The notes below the pieces were generated by a model. It did not search any database. It saw only the letters and a program-made list of their open reading frames with translations, and was not told the origin of the DNA. A stretch of DNA of 64,000 nt from Gemmatimonadales bacterium (GTDB lineage: Bacteria; Gemmatimonadota; Gemmatimonadetes; Gemmatimonadales; GWC2-71-9): the NCBI GenBank assembly GCA_038321865.1, contig JBBQFH010000005.1, positions 68,694-132,693 on the forward strand. The letters run 5' to 3'. The number at the start of each line of letters is the position of its first letter. Position 1 is the stretch's first letter. Both the position numbers and the translations under genes were made by a program. Positions 11,261-20,746 of the stretch are shown here, in pieces.

Positions 11261-13189
11261 ATGACCGACACGTTTGCGCGGGAGCGCATTCCGACCCGCG
11301 TCTTCCCCACCGCGGAGGAGGTGAGTGTCGCCGTCGCCAGAGACATCGCGGCGCTGATCGGCGCACGCGCGGCCGAGCGCCGGACCTGCGTCCTCGGGCT
11401 GGCCACCGGTTCCACGCCGATGACGGTGTACGCGGAGCTCGTGCGGCTGCACCGGACCGAAGGCCTGTCGTTCCGGAACGTCGTCACGTTCAACCTGGAC
11501 GAGTATTTCCCCATCCAGCCGGCCGCGCTTCAGAGCTATCACCGGTTCATGCACGAGCACCTGTTCGACCACGTGGACATCGAGCCCGCCAACATCCACG
11601 TTCCGGACGGCACCATCGCCGCCGCCGAGGTGGCCCAGTACTCCCGCGATTACGAACGGGCGATCCGCGATGCCGGCGGCATCGACCTGCAGATCCTCGG
11701 CATCGGCCGCACCGGGCACGTCGGCTTCAACGAGCCGGGATCGGGCGCCGACAGCCGGACCCGCCTGATCACGCTCGACCGGGTGACGCGCCTCGACGCG
11801 GCGAGCGATTTCTCCGGGGTGGAGTTCGTCCCCCGGCGTGCGATCACCATGGGCGTCGGCACCATCCTCGAGGCACGCCGGCTGGTGCTGATCGCCTTCG
11901 GCGAGCACAAGGCCGCCGTGGTGGCGCAGGCGATCGAGGGGCCGGTCACCCCCAAAGTCGCCGCGAGCTACCTGCAGCAGCACCCGAACGCCGAAGTGGT
12001 GCTGGACGAGGCCGCCGCGGCGGAGCTGACGCGCTTCCGGACGCCGTGGCTGGTGGGTGCCGTCGAGTGGGGGCCGACCTCCACCCGGAAGGCCACGATC
12101 TGGCTGGCGCGAAAGCTCGGCAAGCCGATCCTCAAGCTCACCGATGGCGACTACAACGAGGAGGGCCTGCAGGACCTGGTGGCCGAGCGCGGGTCGGCTC
12201 ACGAGATCAACATCGACGTGTTTCGCGGCCTCGCCGAGACGATCACCGGATGGCCAGGGGGAAAGCCGGTCGCGCTCAAGCGACCGGGCGACATCGCCCG
12301 GCCGACCGACGCGATCTTTCCCAAGCGGATCATCGTCTTCTCACCGCATCCCGACGACGACGTGATCTCGATGGGCGGCACCCTGATCCGGCTCCAGGAG
12401 CAGGGGCACGAGGTGCACGTCGTGTATCAGACCTCGGGCAATCTGGCGGTGTTCGACGTGGACGCGATCCGGTTTGCGGAGTTCGCGGCCGAATTCAACG
12501 GCATCTTCGGCATCGGCGCCGATCTCGCCGAGCGGATCGAGCGGCACATCGAGGACGCGCTGCGACGGAAGGAGCCTGGGCAGATCGACACACCGGAAGT
12601 CAGGCAGATCAAGACCCTGATCCGCCGCGGCGAGGCGCGGGCGGCTGGCCGTGACAGTGGCATCCCGGTGGACCGGCTCCATTTTCTCGACCTGCCGTTC
12701 TACGAGACCGGCGCCGTGCGCAAGAACCCGCTGGGCGAGGCCGACATCGCGCGTGTCGCCGAGGTGCTGGCCCGCATCCGCCCGCAGCAGATCTACGCCG
12801 CCGGCGATTTGTCCGACCCGCACGGCACCCACCGGGTCTGCCTCGCCGCGATCGTCGCGGCCTTCGACCGCTGCCGTGACGCCGACTGGTTCCGCGCCTG
12901 CGAGGTCTGGCTCTATCGCGGCGCCTGGCAGGAGTGGGAGCCCGAGCGGATCGAGATGGCGGTGCCGCTGAGTCCCGATGAAGTGCTGCGGAAGCGGAAC
13001 GCCATTTTCAAGCACCAGTCGCAGAAGGACCGCGCGATGTTTCCCGGCACGGACGAGCGGGAATTCTGGCAGCGTGCCGAGGCGCGCAATCGGGAGACGG
13101 CGCAGATCTTCGACCGGCTGGGGCTGGCGGAGTATGCGGCGATCGAGGGCTTCGTCCGCTGGCGCGAGGGGTTTCGGGCACTCGCCTGA
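11261..13189 (+). CDS. nagB: Glucosamine-6-phosphate deaminase fused to a PIG-L-like deacetylase domain
   Basis: N-domain GLATGSTP, FNLDEY, GHVGFNEPGS; C-domain SPHPDDD and DPHGTH; 642 aa. Confidence 0.92.
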   Translation: MTDTFARERIPTRVFPTAEEVSVAVARDIAALIGARAAERRTCVLGLATGSTPMTVYAELVRLHRTEGLSFRNVVTFNLDEYFPIQPAALQSYHRFMHEHLFDHVDIEPANIHVPDGTIAAAEVAQYSRDYERAIRDAGGIDLQILGIGRTGHVGFNEPGSGADSRTRLITLDRVTRLDAASDFSGVEFVPRRAITMGVGTILEARRLVLIAFGEHKAAVVAQAIEGPVTPKVAASYLQQHPNAEVVLDEAAAAELTRFRTPWLVGAVEWGPTSTRKATIWLARKLGKPILKLTDGDYNEEGLQDLVAERGSAHEINIDVFRGLAETITGWPGGKPVALKRPGDIARPTDAIFPKRIIVFSPHPDDDVISMGGTLIRLQEQGHEVHVVYQTSGNLAVFDVDAIRFAEFAAEFNGIFGIGADLAERIERHIEDALRRKEPGQIDTPEVRQIKTLIRRGEARAAGRDSGIPVDRLHFLDLPFYETGAVRKNPLGEADIARVAEVLARIRPQQIYAAGDLSDPHGTHRVCLAAIVAAFDRCRDADWFRACEVWLYRGAWQEWEPERIEMAVPLSPDEVLRKRNAIFKHQSQKDRAMFPGTDEREFWQRAEARNRETAQIFDRLGLAEYAAIEGFVRWREGFRALA

Positions 13190-13240
13190 GCGCATAGCTT
13201 CAATTCTTCCGCAGTTCTACATCATACCTCACGAGGCTCC

Positions 13241-14935
13241 ATGGGCTTCGCACCTCCCCGCAAGACATACGACGTCTGCATCGTCGGCTCGGGCGCCGGC
13301 GGCGGCATGGCCGCACACATGCTCACCCAGGCCGGGGCCGACGTCGTCGTGCTCGAGGCCGGCGGCATGTGGGACAACATGAAGGACAGCGCCATGCTCA
13401 AGTGGCCGTACGACTCGGAGCGGCGCGGTGCCTCCACCAAGGAGCGGCCGTTCGGGGAGTTCGACGCCTGCATCGGCGGCTGGAGCATCGAGGGCGAGCC
13501 CTACACCCGGGCCCCCGGCACCCAGTTCGACTGGTGGCGCGCCCGGATGCTGGGCGGCCGGACCAATCACTGGGGCCGGATCTCGCTCCGGTTCGGTCCC
13601 GACGACTTCCGCGGCAAGAGCCGCGACGGCCTGGGAGACGACTGGCCCATCAGCTACGACGAAATCAAGCCCTACTACGACAAGGTCGACCAGCTGGTCG
13701 GCATCTTCGGCAGCCGGGAGAACCTGCCCAATCATCCCGACGGGTTTTTCCTCCCGGCACCGAAGCCCCGGTGTTACGAGTTGATGGTCAAGAAGGCATC
13801 CGACAAGCTGAAGGTCACCTGTATTCCCGCACGCCTCTCGATCCTCACGCGCCCGCTCAACGGCCGGCCTGCCTGTCACAACTGCGGTCAGTGCAACCGC
13901 GGCTGCGCCGTCAACGCCAACTTCACCTCCACCAACGTCCTGCTGCTTCCGGCCCTCAAGACCGGCAAGCTGACCATCCTGGCCAATGCCATGGCGCGGG
14001 AGGTGACGACGGACCGGAACGGCCTCGCCACCGGTGTCGCCTACGTCGACAAGGCGAGCGGCGCCGACGAACACGTGCTCGCGCGCGTCGTCGTGCTCGC
14101 GGCCAGCGCCTGCGAGTCGGCGCGCCTGCTGCTCAACTCGAGGTCATCCCGGTTCCCGCAGGGCCTGGCCAACTCGAGCGGTGTCGTCGGCAAGTACCTC
14201 ACCGACACCACGGGCACCGACGTCGCCGGCTTCATCCCCAGGTTGATGGACCACGTGCCGCACAACGAGGACGGCGTCGGGGGCGGGCACATTTACATGC
14301 CGTGGTGGGTGGACAACCGGAAGGTGAACTTTCCGCGGGGATACCACATCGAGGTGTGGGGCGGGCTGGGCGCGCCGTCGTATGGATTCATGGGCGGCAT
14401 CCACCGCTATCCCACCGGCGGCGGCTACGGCGCCTCGCTCAAGAACGACTATCGCCGCTACTACGGCGCCACGGTCGGCTTCTCCGGCCGCGGCGAGATG
14501 ATTCCCAACGCCGATTCGTACTGCGAGCTCGACCCGGACGTGGTGGACAAGTACGGCATTCCGGTGCTCCGCTTCCACTGGAAATGGAGCGACCACGAAT
14601 ACAACCAGGTGAAGCACATGCAGGAGACGTTCCGGGCGCTCATCGCCGAGATGGGCGGGGAAGTGTTCTCCCCGATGCCGACCAAGGAACAGGGATACGG
14701 CATCGCGTCCGGCGGCCGCATCATCCACGAGCTCGGCGTGACCCGCATGGGGAAGGACTCGAAGACCTCGGTGGTGAACGCCAACTGCCAGGCCCATGAC
14801 GTGAAGAACCTGTTCATCGCCGATGGCGGGCCGTTCGTCTCCCAGGCCGACAAGAATCCCACCTGGACCATCCTCGCCCTCGCGATGCGGACGGGTGAGT
14901 ACATCGCCAGCCAGCGGAAGCAGGGGGCCGTATGA
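13241..14935 (+). CDS. GMC family FAD oxidoreductase (second paralogue)
   Basis: GSGAGGG, GGRTNHWGR, CHNCGQCNRGC, IHELGVTRMG, NPTWTILAL. Confidence 0.9.
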   Translation: MGFAPPRKTYDVCIVGSGAGGGMAAHMLTQAGADVVVLEAGGMWDNMKDSAMLKWPYDSERRGASTKERPFGEFDACIGGWSIEGEPYTRAPGTQFDWWRARMLGGRTNHWGRISLRFGPDDFRGKSRDGLGDDWPISYDEIKPYYDKVDQLVGIFGSRENLPNHPDGFFLPAPKPRCYELMVKKASDKLKVTCIPARLSILTRPLNGRPACHNCGQCNRGCAVNANFTSTNVLLLPALKTGKLTILANAMAREVTTDRNGLATGVAYVDKASGADEHVLARVVVLAASACESARLLLNSRSSRFPQGLANSSGVVGKYLTDTTGTDVAGFIPRLMDHVPHNEDGVGGGHIYMPWWVDNRKVNFPRGYHIEVWGGLGAPSYGFMGGIHRYPTGGGYGASLKNDYRRYYGATVGFSGRGEMIPNADSYCELDPDVVDKYGIPVLRFHWKWSDHEYNQVKHMQETFRALIAEMGGEVFSPMPTKEQGYGIASGGRIIHELGVTRMGKDSKTSVVNANCQAHDVKNLFIADGGPFVSQADKNPTWTILALAMRTGEYIASQRKQGAV

Positions 14936-15549
14936 GCGAGCTGAACCGCCGGGACGTGCTCCGCATGCTCGGGGTGAGCGTCGCCGCCGCGACGATGTCA
15001 TGCACACCCGAGGTCGCGGACAAGGCGCATCAGGCCGGACAGGCAGCGCGCGACAGTGCCGCCGCGACGGGCGGGAAGGTGCCGACGAAATTCTTCACTC
15101 CGCATGAGCACGCGACCGTGACGCTGCTCGCCGACCTGATCATCCCAAAGGACGACCGCTCCGGGAGCGCGAGTGACGCCGGCGTGCCCGAGTTCATGGA
15201 CTACATCCTCACCGAGTACCCCGATGGCCAGACCGCGATCCGCGGCGGCCTCGCGTGGCTCGACAACGAGTCCCGCGACCGCTACGACAAGGCGTTCGTC
15301 GACTGCAGCGTCCCGCAGCGAAAGGCGCTGCTCGACGACATCGCCTGGCCGAAGAAGGCCAGGCCCGAGCTGAGCCAGGGGGTGGCGTTCTTCAACCGGT
15401 TCCGCGACTTCACGGCGTCCGGCTTCTTTTCCAGCAGGATGGGGACGGAGGACCTGCGCTACATCGGCAACACCGTGGTGCCTGTCTGGAACGGCTGTCC
15501 GCCGGAGGCGCTCGCCAGGCTCGGCGTGTCCTACGAGGGCTACACATGA
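14932..15549 (+). CDS. Gluconate 2-dehydrogenase subunit-3 family protein (Tat, possible lipoprotein)
   Basis: NRRDVL Tat motif followed by TMSC; IIPKDDRSGSA, TASGFFSS. Confidence 0.85.
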   Translation: MSELNRRDVLRMLGVSVAAATMSCTPEVADKAHQAGQAARDSAAATGGKVPTKFFTPHEHATVTLLADLIIPKDDRSGSASDAGVPEFMDYILTEYPDGQTAIRGGLAWLDNESRDRYDKAFVDCSVPQRKALLDDIAWPKKARPELSQGVAFFNRFRDFTASGFFSSRMGTEDLRYIGNTVVPVWNGCPPEALARLGVSYEGYT

Positions 15550-16787
15550 GCGGGAGACCCCTGGGCGTCGGCTTCATCGGCAGCGGCTTCAACGCCCGCT
15601 TCCACATGCAGTCGTGGACCGGTGTCCGCGACGCCGACGTACTCGGCGTGTGGAGTCCCAATGCCGCGCGCGCCGGTGAGGCGGCCGCGTACGCACGGAA
15701 GCTCGATATCGGCCGCGCCAGGGCGTACCGGTCGATCGGCGAGATGGTGGCCGATCCGAAGATCGATGCGCTCTGGCTCTGCGGGCCGAATCAGGCCCGG
15801 ATCGAGAACGTCGAGGAGATCGTGGACGCGATCGAGCGCGGCAAGGGAGAGCTCAAGGGACTCGCCTGCGAGAAGCCGCTGGCCCGGAACGTCGCCGAGG
15901 CGAACGAGGTCATCCGGCTGGTGCGGCGCGCCGGGCTCGCGACCGGCTACCTGGAAAATCAGCTCTTCGCGCCGCAGGTCGAAACCGGCCGGAATCTGAT
16001 CTGGGCGCGCGGCGCGAAGCTCACCGGTCGTCCCTATCTCGCGCGCGCCGCCGAGGAGCACAGCGGCCCGCACATGCCGTGGTTCTGGCAGGGGAAGCTG
16101 CAGGGCGGCGGCGTGCTGAACGACATGATGTGTCATTCGGCGCTGGTCGTCCGCCATCTGCTGACCCGGCCGGGCGAGCCGCTGTCGACCGTCGCGCCGG
16201 TCAGTGTCACGGCCCGGATCGCGAGCCTCAAGTGGTCGCGCCCGGCGTACGCCAGGAAGCTCAAGCGTACCATGGGATCCGAGGTGGATTACCGCCGCCG
16301 CCCCTCGGAGGACTTCGCCAGCGTCACCATCGAATTCATGACCGATGACGGTTACCGGGTCTTCGGCGAAGCCACGACGTCGTGGAGCTTCGTCGGCGCC
16401 GGCCTCAGGCTCTCCGCCGAGCTGCTGGGGCCCGAGTATTCGATGTCATGGAACACCCTCGATGCGGGGCTCAAGCTGTTCTTCAGCCGGGAAGTGTCGG
16501 GTCGCGCGGGGGAAGATCTCGTCGAAAAGCAGAATGCCGAGACCGGCCTGATGCCGGTGGTGGCCAACGAGCCGATGGCGTACGGCTATGAGGCCGAGAA
16601 TCGGCATTTCGTCCGCGTGTTTCAGGGAAAGGCGAAGCCACTGCTGACGTTCGAGGACGGCCTCGAGGTCGTGAAGATGCTGATGAGTGCCTACATGAGC
16701 GCGGAACAGGGGCGCACGATTGCGTTTCCGCCGCGCGGACTGGCCGGCTTCATGCCGGCTGTTGCGAAAGGGAAGTGGAGACCGTGA
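15546..16787 (+). CDS. Gfo/Idh/MocA family oxidoreductase (cytoplasmic)
   Basis: GFIGSGFNA Rossmann motif, CEKPLA, GGGVLNDMMCH; ATGA overlap. Confidence 0.88.
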   Translation: MSGRPLGVGFIGSGFNARFHMQSWTGVRDADVLGVWSPNAARAGEAAAYARKLDIGRARAYRSIGEMVADPKIDALWLCGPNQARIENVEEIVDAIERGKGELKGLACEKPLARNVAEANEVIRLVRRAGLATGYLENQLFAPQVETGRNLIWARGAKLTGRPYLARAAEEHSGPHMPWFWQGKLQGGGVLNDMMCHSALVVRHLLTRPGEPLSTVAPVSVTARIASLKWSRPAYARKLKRTMGSEVDYRRRPSEDFASVTIEFMTDDGYRVFGEATTSWSFVGAGLRLSAELLGPEYSMSWNTLDAGLKLFFSREVSGRAGEDLVEKQNAETGLMPVVANEPMAYGYEAENRHFVRVFQGKAKPLLTFEDGLEVVKMLMSAYMSAEQGRTIAFPPRGLAGFMPAVAKGKWRP

Positions 16788-17554
16788 CGAGCGCAAAGAT
16801 CGCGGGACTGGCGATGTTGGCGGCTGTGGCCACGGCCGGCCCATGTCTGGCCCAGGGCGACCGGACGTGGCCGCCCAATTCGATGGACCGTCCCCGGCCG
16901 CCGGTTATTTCGGCGCCGGCCGGCACGGCGGGACTGGTTCCGCCGCCCTCGGACGCAGTCGTACTCTTCGACGGCAAGTCGGCCGCCGCGTGGCAGACCG
17001 ACAGCGGCGCACCGGTGAAGTGGACGCTGCGCGGCGGGTATCTCGAGGTCGCGCCCGGCGCGGGCACCATCCGCACGCGACGCAGCTTCGGCAGCGTGCA
17101 GCTGCACGTGGAGTGGGCCTCCCCGGTGCCGGCCGAAGGCGAGAGCCAGGAGCGGGGCAACAGCGGCGTGTTCCTGATGGGTCGCTATGAGATCCAGGTA
17201 CTCGATACCTACCACAACCTGACCTACGCCGATGGCATGGCCGGCGCCGTGTACGGCCAGACGCCGCCGCTGGTGAACGCGAGTCGCGCGCCGGGCCAGT
17301 GGCAGACGTACGACATGGTGTTCCATCGTCCGCGCTTCGACGCGCGCGGCAACGTCACCCGGCCGGCGCGGGTCACCGTGCTGCACAACGGCGTGCTGGT
17401 GCAGGACAACACCGCGATCACCGGATGGACCGTGCACGGAGAAATCGCGAAGTATCAGCCGCACGCCGACCGCCTGCCGCTCGCCCTCCAGGATCATGGC
17501 CGCAAGGTTCGGTACCGGAACATCTGGCTTCGGGAGCTCGCCGACACGGACTGA
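16784..17554 (+). CDS. DUF1080 / 3-keto-glycoside hydrolase-like protein, secreted
   Basis: LFDGKS, GNSGVF, YEIQVLD, LQDHG..VRYRNIW; signal peptide. Confidence 0.88.
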   Translation: MTSAKIAGLAMLAAVATAGPCLAQGDRTWPPNSMDRPRPPVISAPAGTAGLVPPPSDAVVLFDGKSAAAWQTDSGAPVKWTLRGGYLEVAPGAGTIRTRRSFGSVQLHVEWASPVPAEGESQERGNSGVFLMGRYEIQVLDTYHNLTYADGMAGAVYGQTPPLVNASRAPGQWQTYDMVFHRPRFDARGNVTRPARVTVLHNGVLVQDNTAITGWTVHGEIAKYQPHADRLPLALQDHGRKVRYRNIWLRELADTD

Positions 17555-17557
17555 GCT

Positions 17558-17573
17558 CGGCACACCGTTTGCC
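17558..17573 (+). promoter_or_regulatory. Candidate sigma-54 (-24/-12) promoter
   Basis: cGGCACaccgtTTGCc with exact GG-N10-GC spacing, intergenic, about 107 nt upstream of the HhH gene. Confidence 0.5.
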
Positions 17574-17679
17574 TCTGACGGCCGAACGAGGCGCCGGCGG
17601 CCCCCAGGGCCGCGATCATCGGCGCTCCGTTCACCGGAATGAGCCAGGATTGGTCCTCACGCAAACGGAGGAGGCCGAA

Positions 17680-18093
17680 ATGTCCCTCGCACGGTTGGTT
17701 GGTTCAGCGGGTGTGCTCGCGCTGGTCGCGGTGCACCCGCTGCTCGCGCAGAAGCCGGTGGCCGCAACTTCCGCAAAGCCCCGCCCTGCCGCCGCGGCCC
17801 CGGCCCCGGCCGCCGCCGCCGGGGCGGCTCAGCCCTCCGCCTCGCCGGTCAGGGCGCCGGCCGCGACCAGCACCAGAACGACGGCCACGACCACGGCGGC
17901 CGCGACGCTGCTCGATCTCAATGCCGCATCCGCCGATCAGCTGGCGGCGCTGCCGGGAATCGGTACGGCATATTCGGCGAAGATCGTGCAGGGCCGGCCC
18001 TATCGTGCCAAGGACGACCTGGTCCGCCGGCACATCATCCCCGCGGCGACGTACGCGAAGATCAAGGACAAGGTGATCGCGCGGCAGAAATAG
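17680..18093 (+). CDS. ComEA-like helix-hairpin-helix DNA-binding protein, secreted
   Basis: GGAGG RBS; signal peptide; Ala/Pro/Thr linker; [29 protein letters not shown]. Confidence 0.85.
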   Translation: MSLARLVGSAGVLALVAVHPLLAQKPVAATSAKPRPAAAAPAPAAAAGAAQPSASPVRAPAATSTRTTATTTAAATLLDLNAASADQLAALPGIGTAYSAKIVQGRPYRAKDDLVRRHIIPAATYAKIKDKVIARQK

Positions 18094-18099
18094 ACGGCG

Positions 18100-18840
18100 T
18101 CAGCACTTGATGGGCGAATCCCATTTGGGGATTTGCTGCGGTTGCGGAGAGGGAGGAACCGAATGGGGCGCCGCGGATGGAGTGGGCCGCGGTGCCTCAT
18201 TGCGTGTGCGCGGCCCGCCGCCGGCCGCCGCGGTGATCAATGCAAGGCTTCCGGCGACCGTGGCAACGGCCAGACGGCGGCGCCCGGAGTGCCGCTTGCG
18301 CTCGATCCGCTCCGCAAGCGCAAAGGCCAGCACGGCCCCCACGACGAGCAGCGCGACCCCAGCACCCTTGGAAAGCCCCGCCAGTCCGTACCAGGTGACG
18401 GGGCCAAGCGGTGTAGCGTCGAAGAGAGGCCGAATCCAGTGAAAAAGCTCGGCGAAGGCAAAGGTCCCCGCCAGCATCCCGCCAATCAGTGCCAGCGCGT
18501 CGCCCCGCCCGGCGGCCGCCGCGACGCACGACGTTCCCGGGCAGTAACCGCCGACGACGAACCCGACGCCGAAAATGAGTCCACCGATCAGCTGCGGCAG
18601 CACGTAGGTCGGCGGCAGGTACACGGCCGCCGGATCGAGCCATCCCATGCGGGCCAGCCAGAACAGCCCAGCGGCAGCCGTCACGATCGCCGTCATCATC
18701 ACCTTCAGCACCGTGAGGTCGGTGAGGGTGAACTGTGCGGCGAGCTTGCGCGGGTCGGCCAGGCCGGCGCGCTCGAGGACTGCCCCGAACGCGGCCCCGA
18801 TCGGCAGCGCGAGCCAGAGTGCCGCGCGGGGAGAGATCAT
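18100..18840 (-). CDS. YeeE/YedE family sulfur-compound transporter subunit with Pro-rich tail ending in Cys
   Basis: FGAVLERAG, GGLIFGVGFVVGGYCPGT; tail ...PKWDSPIKC-stop. Confidence 0.85.
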   Translation of the reverse strand: MISPRAALWLALPIGAAFGAVLERAGLADPRKLAAQFTLTDLTVLKVMMTAIVTAAAGLFWLARMGWLDPAAVYLPPTYVLPQLIGGLIFGVGFVVGGYCPGTSCVAAAAGRGDALALIGGMLAGTFAFAELFHWIRPLFDATPLGPVTWYGLAGLSKGAGVALLVVGAVLAFALAERIERKRHSGRRRLAVATVAGSLALITAAAGGGPRTRNEAPRPTPSAAPHSVPPSPQPQQIPKWDSPIKC

Positions 18841-19355
18841 CGCCACTGCTTCCGGGACAGCGCGACCGCTCCATAGGCACCCGCGAAAAGCGCCAGCATG
18901 AACACCCAGCTGCCGGCAGCGAGCACGGCGCCGCCGCTCAGCGCCTGCCCACTGGTGCAGCCGCGCGCCAGTCGCGCGCCGAAGGCCATGACGGTTCCAC
19001 CGGCGAATGCCATCAGCACACGGCCTGGCCGCCGCGTGGTCGGCCCTCGTTCGACCACCGCATGCCACCGCCCTGCGGCGGCGGCGGAGATCGCCCCTCC
19101 CACGGCCATCCCGGCCACTTCGAGCAGCAGCCAGTTGACCATCGGTCCGCCCGCCTCGTCGCCCGCATCCCGGTAGACCGGATTCGCCATGACGCGGGCC
19201 GGCGCTACAGTCTCGACCCCCAACGATACCATGCGCATGAACGCACCGGAGGCGCCGAGCCCGCGCCCCACCAGCACGAACGTGCCCAGCAGCACGATCC
19301 CCAACGCGAGGCCGGCCGCGTACGGATTCCAGTAGCGGGGAAGCTGCGTGCTCAC
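18837..19355 (-). CDS. YeeE/YedE family sulfur-compound transporter subunit
   Basis: YWNPYAAG, GLGASG, FGARLARGCTSGQALSG. Confidence 0.87.
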   Translation of the reverse strand: MSTQLPRYWNPYAAGLALGIVLLGTFVLVGRGLGASGAFMRMVSLGVETVAPARVMANPVYRDAGDEAGGPMVNWLLLEVAGMAVGGAISAAAAGRWHAVVERGPTTRRPGRVLMAFAGGTVMAFGARLARGCTSGQALSGGAVLAAGSWVFMLALFAGAYGAVALSRKQWR

Positions 19356-20746
19356 GCGCTCCTCCGCTGAGGGATGGCCGTCGGCAGCTCAGGATGCGTC
19401 CAGCTTCCCGCCACGGGATCGAGCACGTAGCCGCGCCGGAATCGTCCGGCCGCGATCTCCGCCAGAGCGGTGACCAGCATGTCCACGTCATCCTCGGTGT
19501 TCTGCAGTCCGATGCTCGCGCGGACCATTCCGGGGGCGTCCGACCGGTCACCGCGCAGGATCCGGAGCTGCGCCTGGGCTTCAGCGAGCGGAGAGAGGCC
19601 CAGCAACCGCTTTACGTACGGATGGGCGCAGAAGCATCCGCTGCGGGTCCCGATGCCCCACTCGTCAGCCAGAATCTCGGCGACCAGGGCGTGAGGCAGT
19701 CCGGCGACGTTGAACGGGATGACACCCAGACGGTCGTCGGCGTCGGCCGGCTCGGCATCTCCGTACAGGGTCACGCCGGGAATAGCCCCGATCTCCAGAC
19801 GTGCGCGCGACGCGAGCGCCCTCTCGTGCTCGATGATGCGCGACCAGCCAATTTCGCCGTAGATCCGCATTGCGGCGCCGAGCGCCACCGCGCCCAGAAC
19901 GTTCGGCGTCCCCGCCTCTTCCCGGTCCGGCAATTCCGTCCATGCGACGGCATCGGGGTCCACGGTTTCCACCGTGCCGCCGCCCGACTGATAGGGCCGG
20001 TCCGGATCGAACAGCGCCGCTGGCGCGACGAGCACGCCGATGCCGAACGGCGCGTACATCTTGTGGGCGGAGAATGCGACGATGTCCAGATGCTCGGGAT
20101 CGTCCGGATCGCCGACGTTGATCTGACGGTGCGGCGCCAGCTGCGCCGCATCCACCGCGATGCGCGCACCGGATTCATGCAGCCAGCGCGCCCAGCGATG
20201 CACCGGGTTCACGATACCGGTGACGTTCGATGCACCGCTCACCGCGAACAACGCCACCCGCCGCCCGTATTCGCGCAGCCTGGCTCGCAGGTCGCGCTCA
20301 TCCACCCGGCCCGACGCGTCCACCGCCACGTGGACGACCCGCGCGACGTTCCGCCACGGGAGATCGTTCGAGTGATGCTCCATCCCGCTCACCAGGACCA
20401 CCGCCCCCGGCTCGAACCGGTACGAGGCCGCGACGTGGTTGAGCGCCTCGGTGGTGTTCCGGCCGAACAGCACGACACTACGACTCGAGTCGGCGCCGAC
20501 GAACCGCTGGACGTCCTGGCGGGCCGAGTCGTACGCATCGCTGGAGATGCGCGACTTGAATCCCGCCCCGCGGTGCACACTGCCGTACCACGCCGCCATG
20601 CCGCCGATCGCGTCCAGCACCCTCGCAAACGGTGGCGTGCTCGCCGCGTTGTCGAAGGGGACGTAGCGTCGCTCGCCGCCGCCGAGCACCGGCACGCGTG
20701 CGTCCGAGCCCGTCACGACTCCGGCCAACCCGGCGATGCGCGTCAC
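19352..20746 (-). CDS. Class V PLP enzyme, cysteine desulfurase/selenocysteine lyase-like
   Basis: FDNAAST, EHHSN, VDAAQ, SAHKMYAP (PLP Lys), EAGTPN, catalytic-loop RSGCFCAHP. Confidence 0.87.
   Translation of the reverse strand: MTRIAGLAGVVTGSDARVPVLGGGERRYVPFDNAASTPPFARVLDAIGGMAAWYGSVHRGAGFKSRISSDAYDSARQDVQRFVGADSSRSVVLFGRNTTEALNHVAASYRFEPGAVVLVSGMEHHSNDLPWRNVARVVHVAVDASGRVDERDLRARLREYGRRVALFAVSGASNVTGIVNPVHRWARWLHESGARIAVDAAQLAPHRQINVGDPDDPEHLDIVAFSAHKMYAPFGIGVLVAPAALFDPDRPYQSGGGTVETVDPDAVAWTELPDREEAGTPNVLGAVALGAAMRIYGEIGWSRIIEHERALASRARLEIGAIPGVTLYGDAEPADADDRLGVIPFNVAGLPHALVAEILADEWGIGTRSGCFCAHPYVKRLLGLSPLAEAQAQLRILRGDRSDAPGMVRASIGLQNTEDDVDMLVTALAEIAAGRFRRGYVLDPVAGSWTHPELPTAIPQRRSA

Noticed and set aside
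17780..17905. GCC/ACC-rich low-complexity stretch as a DNA repeat
   Set aside because: Simply encodes the Ala/Pro/Thr linker of the HhH protein
18040..18102. Cys-TGA end of the YeeE subunit as a possible Cys-Sec readthrough
   Set aside because: Readthrough would run antisense into the convergent HhH gene within a few codons, and no convincing SECIS hairpin follows the TGA
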